Of a stretch of DNA of 64,000 nt, positions 36,730-43,277 are shown piece after piece. Made by a program: the position numbers and the translations under genes. How positions within the stretch are numbered: the first letter of the stretch is position 1; every line of letters starts with the position of its first letter. The notes under the pieces were generated by a model. That model worked only from the letters and a program-made list of their open reading frames with translations. It was not told where the DNA came from and made no database searches. This DNA is from an uncultured Candidatus Saccharibacteria bacterium (GTDB taxonomy: Bacteria > Patescibacteriota > Minisyncoccia > Phycocordibacterales > UBA12088), in NCBI GenBank assembly GCA_964459635.1, contig CAYWMQ010000001.1, forward strand, positions 8,342 through 72,341, in the 5' to 3' direction.

Positions 36730-36890
36730 ACGTCGGCGGTCGTCTAACTGGACCTACACGGTCTAAGGCATTTTGGTGGCGTGAAGTCATGGCAAACCGT
36801 CTATGGCTTTCACTCCCGTGTGCTGTTACGTAGCGTGTTACGTAGCATGCTACGTAACACGCTGTGCGGTAGGTGTTCAGCCGCCCGATT
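36730..36890. ncRNA. candidate structured ncRNA (possibly 6S-like, minus strand)
   Basis: Nested pairings GGCGG/CCGCC, CTGG-ACCTAC/GTAGGT-GTTCAG, ACGG/CCGT and GTGAAGTCATGG/CTATGGCTTTCAC in a ~500-nt intergenic gap. Confidence 0.35.
36832..36863. repeat. perfect 32-bp palindrome
   Basis: AGCGTGTTACGTAGCA|TGCTACGTAACACGCT; TGTTACGTAGC is also repeated directly at 36824. Confidence 0.95.
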
Positions 36891-37049
36891 ACGCAGCCAA
36901 GCTGTGCGAGTTCTGTTCGGGCGCGCCCCATGTTCGACTTACGAAGTCGAACATACGAGCACACCGACTCAAATGCACCTATAAAATTTCTACTTTTGTG
37001 GACTACGCGCGCTGCTATCTGGCTACTCGGTGTAGTCACGTTTGGATTT

Positions 37050-37069
37050 CCTGCCTGCCGGCAGGCAGG
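37050..37069. repeat. perfect 20-bp palindrome CCTGCCTGCCGGCAGGCAGG
   Basis: Read directly; followed by TTTTAAC TTTTGAC heptamers. Confidence 0.9.
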
Positions 37070-37178
37070 TACATTTTAACTTTTGACTTTTGTTACCCTC
37101 CCCCTCCAGGTGGATAAGCTGTTCATGGTGTAGCTCCACTCGCGGTACAATATAGGTACGGATCATATCCGCCCCCGA

Positions 37179-38039
37179 ATGATCCAGTCACTCACACGGA
37201 CCGTTGCGGTCTCTGTGTGCTCCGTTATTTTGACGACGCTTGCAGTGAATGCAACGGACAGCATCAATGTACCCGCCGGTAGCATGCTCGCGGGCGTGTT
37301 TGGGGCGAGTACCTCTGTGGACACCGGTCCGTGTCCCAAAGATATGCGCCTGGTGAAGCAAGCACTCGTTCCCTTTTGTGTAGATGCGTACGAGGCGGCG
37401 GCAGGTGACAGTTGCCCGTATGAGACGCCCCGAAGCGTTGACGAGACGAACAAGAACCTTTCGGGGGCTTCATGTGCACCGGTATCCAAGGCCGGCACCA
37501 CACCATGGCGTTTTGTGGACGTTGTCCAAGCGCAAGCGGCCTGCTCCAGAGCCGGCAAGAGGCTGCTGACTGCAGACGAATGGTACAAAGCCTCACTTGG
37601 AACCCCCGACACGTCGTCAGAGTTTACCGGTGAGCAGTGCAACGTGGCGCGCAACCTCGCCGATGGTGTCGCCCCTACGGGAAGCGCCGCCCGGTGCGTA
37701 TCCGATGCCGGTGCATACGACATGGTGGGCAACGTGTGGGAGTGGGTGGATGGCGCGGTACGTGATGGTGTGTTCGAGGGACGTTCTTTGCCACGGAGCG
37801 GGTACGTGCAGGGCGCGGATACGAGCGGCATAGCGTACGAAACAGCGAGCGGCGCGCAAGCTGCGTTCGGCAGAGACCGCTTCTGGTCGGACAGCATCGG
37901 CACGATGGGGCTGATGCGTGGCGGCTACTTCGACAGCGAAGGTGATGCGGGTGTATTCAGCATATACGCTGCCAGTCCCCCCACCTTTGCCGGGGAGGCG
38001 GTAGGCTTCCGCTGTGCCACTGCACCGAAGAACCCGTAA
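37179..38039 (+). CDS. secreted FGE-sulfatase/SUMF1 (C-type lectin fold) domain protein
   Basis: N-terminal hydrophobic segment, CPKDM, FCVDAYE, ACSRAGKRLLTADEW, YDMVGNVWEWV, RGG, VGFRCA. Confidence 0.88.
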   Translation: MIQSLTRTVAVSVCSVILTTLAVNATDSINVPAGSMLAGVFGASTSVDTGPCPKDMRLVKQALVPFCVDAYEAAAGDSCPYETPRSVDETNKNLSGASCAPVSKAGTTPWRFVDVVQAQAACSRAGKRLLTADEWYKASLGTPDTSSEFTGEQCNVARNLADGVAPTGSAARCVSDAGAYDMVGNVWEWVDGAVRDGVFEGRSLPRSGYVQGADTSGIAYETASGAQAAFGRDRFWSDSIGTMGLMRGGYFDSEGDAGVFSIYAASPPTFAGEAVGFRCATAPKNP

Positions 38040-38124
38040 GTCACATATGGAAGAACGAGAAAGTCCACCCCCTGTAATAGAGGAGCATGCGCAGCGAGAC
38101 GCATCGACCTTGTGTGTACGTAAG

Positions 38125-40020
38125 ATGGCAGGCCGTCACTTTTCGTTGCGCTTAGGCAGTCGACAGCCTTTTTTGTCTTTTGTCTTTTGTCTTTTGTATC
38201 TCGTGCTCCTGTTCTCTTTTCTCTATACGTCGCACTCGGCATTTGCCACAAGCTATCTCTCTCGCATTTCAGACCTTATCTCCACCAGTGCGCCGGGCGC
38301 GGCTGCGAACCACACGCTTCGTTTCACTATAGCTCAAGCGATACCGCCCAACGGTGCCATTGAAGTGCTTTTCAACCGCGGGGGTTTCACTATCCCCGGG
38401 GCACTTAATTTTACCGATGTGGACCTTGGTTTTTCGGCAGTATCCGGGGGCCCCTATACCGAGCGTCCGCTATCTTCCGTGCAGACGGGCGGTACGGACC
38501 GGGTGGTGGTCACAAGCGGTAGCGCGGGCAAGATACGGTTCGACCTCAACACGTCGGTAGGTATTGCGGCAGGCAGCGAGTTGCGCATCAAGATAGGCAC
38601 GAACGCCACGTTCGGTACGGTGGGTGATCAGCGCATTCTGCTCCCTACGGCCACCACATCTCACCCGGTGACTGTGTACACATACGATGCGGCTGATGCC
38701 GAGCTTGACTACGGCGAAACGCGTATAGCGGTAGTGGAGCAAGTGACAGCGGGCCCGGTAGATACCGATGACGTCACGCCGCCCGTGGTGCTTGCGGCAT
38801 ACCCTTCCGGGCTGCTTCAAGTGGGAACGAGGGCTGTACAGATGTGGGTAGTTACCGATGAGCTTACGGCGTGCAGATGGGCGACCTCAAGTATGGCGTA
38901 CGCAAGCATGCCGTACTCTTTCACCTCCACAAGCACATTCGGGCTTGCGTACTGGAATTTTGCCACATACGGCGGACTTGAAGATGATACTGAGTACAAT
39001 GCGTACATCCGCTGCGTTGACTTTCGTTCTAACGAAATAGATCCCGATTACATCCTTTCCTTTACCGTAGGTATTACGCCCGGTAGTGCAAGCTCAACAG
39101 CCACCACGACCGGCACAGGTACCGGCACAGGTACGGGCACATCGACCGGCACATCGACCGGCACCGGTACCGGCACCGGTACCGGAGGAGGACCGTCGGG
39201 TTCCGGCTCGGGCAATGGCCCCAATGGCGGCGATGGGGCAGGGTCGGGCGGGGGTGGGTCCGGGCAGTCGGGCTCCGGTGACAAGCTGCCCCAGGCGGAT
39301 GTGCAGGTGTCGGGATGGGCGTACCCGGGCTCTACGGTAACACTGCTTCGCGACGGGGCGATAGTGGCTACGCAGGCCGCGGGAGGCGGCGGCGAGTTCC
39401 TGCACCTTACGGAAGGTATCGACCGCGGCATATACTCCTTTGCCGTGTATGCGACCGACTCAAAGGGAACACGTAGTGCGACATACGCCACTACGCTCGG
39501 CCTGCGTTCGAATACGCTCAACAAGCTTGCGAACATTATGCTCCCGCCCACCGTCTCGGTCGTGGCCGCTTCCGTAGACCCGGGTAAGCCTGTCGAGGTG
39601 AGCGGTTACTCCGCGCCAAGTGCCAAAGTCACCGCATGGCTGCGGCCCAGGCTTGCGGTGGTATCGGCGGCGGACGTGGTGGCGAGTACCACCGCGCTCG
39701 CGAACGGCATATACACGCTCAGCATTCCGACCACGGGGCTCACACAGGGTACGTACGAGCTCGTTGCGCAAGCTGCTCATGCGAACGGCACCGTGCAGAG
39801 CGACAAGAGCGCGCGGCTTGCCGTAGGACTTGGCGTTCAAGTGACACAAAACACGGGCTGCAAAGACGGCGACCTCAACTGCGACGGCTCAGTGAACCTC
39901 ATAGACTTTTCGATCCTTCTTTTCAACTGGAACACCGCGAGCACCGTTGCAGACATAAACAAAGACGGGACCGTCTCGCTGCCGGACTTCTCGATACTGC
40001 TCTTCAATTGGACGGGGTAG
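38125..40020 (+). CDS. secreted Ig-like multidomain protein with C-terminal dockerin
   Basis: Repeat-encoded signal peptide, Thr/Gly linker, duplicated Ca-binding motif GDLNCDGSVNLIDFSILL / ADINKDGTVSLPDFSILL. Start 38125 or 38047. Confidence 0.82.
   Translation: MAGRHFSLRLGSRQPFLSFVFCLLYLVLLFSFLYTSHSAFATSYLSRISDLISTSAPGAAANHTLRFTIAQAIPPNGAIEVLFNRGGFTIPGALNFTDVDLGFSAVSGGPYTERPLSSVQTGGTDRVVVTSGSAGKIRFDLNTSVGIAAGSELRIKIGTNATFGTVGDQRILLPTATTSHPVTVYTYDAADAELDYGETRIAVVEQVTAGPVDTDDVTPPVVLAAYPSGLLQVGTRAVQMWVVTDELTACRWATSSMAYASMPYSFTSTSTFGLAYWNFATYGGLEDDTEYNAYIRCVDFRSNEIDPDYILSFTVGITPGSASSTATTTGTGTGTGTGTSTGTSTGTGTGTGTGGGPSGSGSGNGPNGGDGAGSGGGGSGQSGSGDKLPQADVQVSGWAYPGSTVTLLRDGAIVATQAAGGGGEFLHLTEGIDRGIYSFAVYATDSKGTRSATYATTLGLRSNTLNKLANIMLPPTVSVVAASVDPGKPVEVSGYSAPSAKVTAWLRPRLAVVSAADVVASTTALANGIYTLSIPTTGLTQGTYELVAQAAHANGTVQSDKSARLAVGLGVQVTQNTGCKDGDLNCDGSVNLIDFSILLFNWNTASTVADINKDGTVSLPDFSILLFNWTG
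38171..38205 (+). repeat. 7-nt tandem (TTTTGTC)n encoding a signal-peptide h-region
   Basis: TTTTGTC x3, TTTTGTA, TCTCGTG, translating as FLSFVFCLLYLV. Confidence 0.85.
39109..39180 (+). repeat. six 12-nt tandem units encoding a (TG/TS)n linker
   Basis: ACCGGCACAGGT-type units, in frame. Confidence 0.85.
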
Positions 40021-40024
40021 CGTT

Positions 40025-40166
40025 GAAAACTGAAAAACAAGATAACTGAAACAAAAAAAACAACGACATGCGTCTCGGACGATGCGATTGAGGTATCAAG
40101 TTGTGTAGGGGCAGTCGCTTTAAGCTCGCGTTTTTTGTTTTCTCTATCTTTTGTTTTTCAGTTTTC
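40025..40166. repeat. intergenic element with long imperfect terminal inverted repeats
   Basis: Perfect 16-bp GAAAACTGAAAAACAA / TTGTTTTTCAGTTTTC, extended inward by GATA/TATC and AAACAAAAAA/TTTTTTGTTT. Confidence 0.75.
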
Positions 40167-40169
40167 TCT

Positions 40170-40225
40170 TTATCCACACGTTACGCTCGCATATGCACAT
40201 GCGCATGCACGTGTGGTGCTATACT
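40170..40225 (+). promoter_or_regulatory. DnaA-box plus extended -10 promoter of hsp20
   Basis: TTATCCACA at 40170-40178; TG-C-TATACT at 40217-40225. Confidence 0.6.
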
Positions 40226-40287
40226 CTGAGTAACAACGCTCCGGGCGACCGGCCATCACGCGTTCTTTAGGATAAGTTCTATCTCCT

Positions 40288-40794
40288 ATGGCTACATTCA
40301 TGGATAAGCTCAAAGGCCGCGGCCTTACCGAAAAGGGCGGAAGTCTCTCCGCCGGCAGTGCCGCCGATCATGCGGGTACTCCCGCGATGGGCCACCAAGA
40401 GGTGGTCCCGAGCCGCGCACTCCAGCTTCCCGTAGACGTGTTCCAATCGGACGACGAGATCATCATATACGCACAGCTTGCCGGTATGGACATGCATACG
40501 CTCGACGTTTCCATAGCGGGAGATAATGACGTGGTGGCCATCCAAGGCACAAGCTTGCGCCCCGAGCATCTCATGCATGATGCGCATGCGGGCAGAAATG
40601 GGGACTATACGCTCGAAGAGTGCCACTGGGGTGATTTTTACCGCCAGATCATCTTGCCCGATGAAATTGATCCGGAGCGTGCGGAAGCCAAAACGAAAGA
40701 CGGCGTGCTTGCGCTACGTCTGCCGCTGGCAGGCAAGGCTGTCAAAGGCCGCAAACTGAACATCGTGCGTGCGGATGAACAGCCGCAGCAATAG
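40288..40794 (+). CDS. Hsp20/alpha-crystallin family small heat-shock protein
   Basis: LPVDVFQ..EIIIYAQLAG, ECHWGDFYRQIILP.EID...AEA..KDGVLALRLP. Confidence 0.9.
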   Translation: MATFMDKLKGRGLTEKGGSLSAGSAADHAGTPAMGHQEVVPSRALQLPVDVFQSDDEIIIYAQLAGMDMHTLDVSIAGDNDVVAIQGTSLRPEHLMHDAHAGRNGDYTLEECHWGDFYRQIILPDEIDPERAEAKTKDGVLALRLPLAGKAVKGRKLNIVRADEQPQQ

Positions 40795-40810
40795 CGCACG
40801 AGCTCGCGCT

Positions 40811-42346
40811 ATGCTCGCGTCGAATATACACCGTGTTGTTCATAAAAATGCCGTAGCGCAGGCGTATACCCGCGTCAAAGTTTTTGTGGCGCTTGTTTTT
40901 TTTCCGTTTTTCTTGTTTCTTGTTTCTTGTTTCTTGTTTTCTACCTCCGCCCACGCCGCCTCCTACTCCTTTTCGCCCGCGTCCGGCTCCTACGAGGTCG
41001 GCAAAACGTTCACCGTGTCCGTCATGGTGGACCCGGGCACCGATGCGGTGAACACGGGCGATGGAGCGCTCTCGTATGACACCGCCAAGCTCACCGCAGT
41101 GTCGGTGTCCAAAGAGGGTTCCGTTTTCAATCTTTGGGTGACCGAGCCCGCGCTTAACGCGGGAGCGGGCACGGTGACTTTTGCGGGTGGTGCCACCACG
41201 CCCTTTTCAGGCTCTAAGCGAGTCGTCACGGTTAGCTTCAAAGCGAAGGCGGAGGGCGCCGCCACGGTAAAACTTGATAAGGGTACGCTGCTGGCAGGCG
41301 CCGGTCAGAACGTGCTTGCCGGATCCCTGCCCACCGCTTCTTTCACCATCACTCCCGCTGCCGCCAAGCCGCCGGTGGAGGAAAAGCCGGACACCCCTGC
41401 ACCCGCAAAGCCGGCACGTGCGGTGAATATCCCCGTACCTGATGCTCCTGTTATCAAGAGTTCCACGCACAAAGAAGAGGGCACCTGGTACAACCAGAAC
41501 ACCGTGAAGCTCACGTGGGACCTACCCTACGGTGTGACCGGGCTCAAGAAGCTGTGGAGCGAGAAAGCCGACGCAGAGCCCACCGAAGTGCATGAGCCGC
41601 CCATACCCGACTGGACAAAGGAGAACGTGGCCGACGGTGTGTGGTATTTCCATGCCGCGTATAAGAACAGGGGCGGATGGGGAAGCTCCACCGCGTTCAA
41701 GGTGCAGATAGATACTACGCCACCGAAAGAGTTTACCGTGACGGGCACCGGAGGAGACCTTGCCGCGCAGCTTTCATGGGCTGCTGAGGATGAACTCTCC
41801 GGTGTGGTCGTATACCGCATAGCCGTAGACGACGGCCGGCCGCGGGATGTACAGCCCTCCGAGCTTATAGCCGGCGGATATACGCTCACCAACATAGATC
41901 CTGGCGAGCATAGCATTATCGTGACGGCTGTCGATGCTGCGGGCAACGAGCGGGAAGCTCGCACTAAGGTCACCGCGACAGGTGAGCTCCCTCCCGCAGA
42001 AGGAGCGCAGGAAGTTGAAACATCCGGCTTCGGAGCCATCTACTGGGTATCACTCATCTTCATGGCGCTTCTTGCAGGTGCGGTAACGCTCCTTGTGCTG
42101 GAGCGGCGCAAGCATCATGAGGAGCGCGAGCTCATCAAGCGTGAGGCGATGGAGGCGGGCGACAAGCTCATCAACGTATTCGGCGTGCTGCGCGACGAGA
42201 TAGAAGAGCGCGTGCTTGACCTCTCGCACAAGCCCAACATGACCGACAACGAGCGCGAGATATTGGAAGGCCTTAAAGATGCCCTGGATGTATCCGAAGA
42301 GCTTATCGACAAGGAGATAGAAGACATTCGCAAGCTCCTCAAGTAG
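40811..42346 (+). CDS. membrane-anchored cohesin-domain protein with Ig-like domains
   Basis: Signal ending AHA; FSPASGSYEVGKTFTVSV..LSYD..L.AVSVSK.GS.FNLW..GTVTFAGG..VSFKAK (cohesin-like); Pro/Ala linker; IDTTPP and VTAVDAAGN Ig motifs; TM and cytoplasmic helical tail. Confidence 0.8.
   Translation: MLASNIHRVVHKNAVAQAYTRVKVFVALVFFPFFLFLVSCFLFSTSAHAASYSFSPASGSYEVGKTFTVSVMVDPGTDAVNTGDGALSYDTAKLTAVSVSKEGSVFNLWVTEPALNAGAGTVTFAGGATTPFSGSKRVVTVSFKAKAEGAATVKLDKGTLLAGAGQNVLAGSLPTASFTITPAAAKPPVEEKPDTPAPAKPARAVNIPVPDAPVIKSSTHKEEGTWYNQNTVKLTWDLPYGVTGLKKLWSEKADAEPTEVHEPPIPDWTKENVADGVWYFHAAYKNRGGWGSSTAFKVQIDTTPPKEFTVTGTGGDLAAQLSWAAEDELSGVVVYRIAVDDGRPRDVQPSELIAGGYTLTNIDPGEHSIIVTAVDAAGNEREARTKVTATGELPPAEGAQEVETSGFGAIYWVSLIFMALLAGAVTLLVLERRKHHEERELIKREAMEAGDKLINVFGVLRDEIEERVLDLSHKPNMTDNEREILEGLKDALDVSEELIDKEIEDIRKLLK
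40909..40936 (+). repeat. four perfect TTTCTTG units (plus T8 run at 40896) encoding a signal-peptide h-region
   Basis: Translates within VFFPFFLFLVSCFLFST. Confidence 0.9.
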
Positions 42347-42638
42347 TCTTGCGCCCCTTTTTCAGCTGTTGCATAACGCGACGCATCTCTGTGCGCCGGA
42401 GCGCATCGCGTCACAGTATCGCTTGAGCGTGTGAGGGTGTGCGGTATGCGGGGGGAGACAGCTTGTAGAAAAAGTAAGCCCACAGCGGTGTCTGCGGGCT
42501 TACACACGTACTCTGCGAGCCGTCTCAAGAATAGCGGTTCGGCGCGCAACTGCGCAACATGCGCTATCCACAGAATACGGCTTTGTAGGGCCGCGTATTG
42601 CGCCGTACGAGAGCTTTCTCATGCGATACTGAGAGTAC

Positions 42639-43253
42639 ATGCGGAGCGCGGTATTTAAACATGTACATCGTTTTCCCGCACGTTTGCGTGAGCCGAAAGC
42701 GGCCCTGGCGCTCTTGGGTGCGGCGCTTTTTTTGATGGCCGTGGCTGCCGTATTTGCAACGAGTGAGGAACGTACGATACACATTTTCCCTACGTCCGTT
42801 TCCGATGCCGGGTGGAGCGGTGCTCAGAGGTCGCTTGAGCAAACGCTTTCTCAAAACGCCATTTTTGATGACTTCTCCGCAGAAAATAGCGCGAGCCTTT
42901 ACTTTACGCGTAACGCGAGCCGTTCTTCGGAGGGAGCACCGCATGAGGCCGTGAGCGCCGGCGACAGCACGTCGGGCGGCGACGCTGTTTCGTCCGAGGA
43001 CGCGTCGAACGATACGGAAGCGAGTGAAGTGCAGGGCGATCAGTCGGCTGAGTCTGGGGATCTACTAGACGACGCCGCAGACGCCGAAGGTCAGGTGCAG
43101 GAAGAGACACCCGCACCCGAGCAGGAAGAAGAGGCCACACAAGAAGACACGCCCACGCCACAGGTTTCTGAGGAGCCGGAACCGCTTGCCGACCTAAGCC
43201 CGTATGGGTATGTTCGCGATCTGTTGCGCGCCGCGCGTGGTACCGCCGCATAG
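42639..43253 (+). CDS. N-terminal segment (TM + acidic linker) of the giant protein, ended by an in-frame TAG
   Basis: TG-C-GATACT lies 8 nt before the ATG; TM ALALLGAALFLMAVAAVF. Same frame as 43278..62726, with only one stop between them. Confidence 0.75.
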   Translation: MRSAVFKHVHRFPARLREPKAALALLGAALFLMAVAAVFATSEERTIHIFPTSVSDAGWSGAQRSLEQTLSQNAIFDDFSAENSASLYFTRNASRSSEGAPHEAVSAGDSTSGGDAVSSEDASNDTEASEVQGDQSAESGDLLDDAADAEGQVQEETPAPEQEEEATQEDTPTPQVSEEPEPLADLSPYGYVRDLLRAARGTAA

Positions 43254-43277
43254 GCACAAACACAGGATGAGGCACAG

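Noticed and set aside
36732-36800. tRNA-like start (GGCGGTCGTCTAA) or c-di-GMP-I riboswitch words (GGCAAACC, GGTCTAAG)
   Set aside because: No T-arm GTTCRA or cloverleaf, and the riboswitch words are in the wrong order.
37900-38039. Complete diversity-generating retroelement
   Set aside because: No reverse transcriptase, Avd or template repeat was found in the window.
40170-40178. Replication origin
   Set aside because: Only one perfect DnaA box here, with no box cluster, unwinding element or dnaA/dnaN nearby.
42347-42638. Several hairpins upstream of the giant gene as a riboswitch
   Set aside because: The stems lie upstream of the predicted -10 (42625), so they would not be in that mRNA's leader, and no known motif was recognised.
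43251-43253. Genome-wide TAG recoding
   Set aside because: TAG cleanly terminates conserved genes (pncB, pepA, hsp20, the dockerin and cohesin genes) at their expected C-termini.
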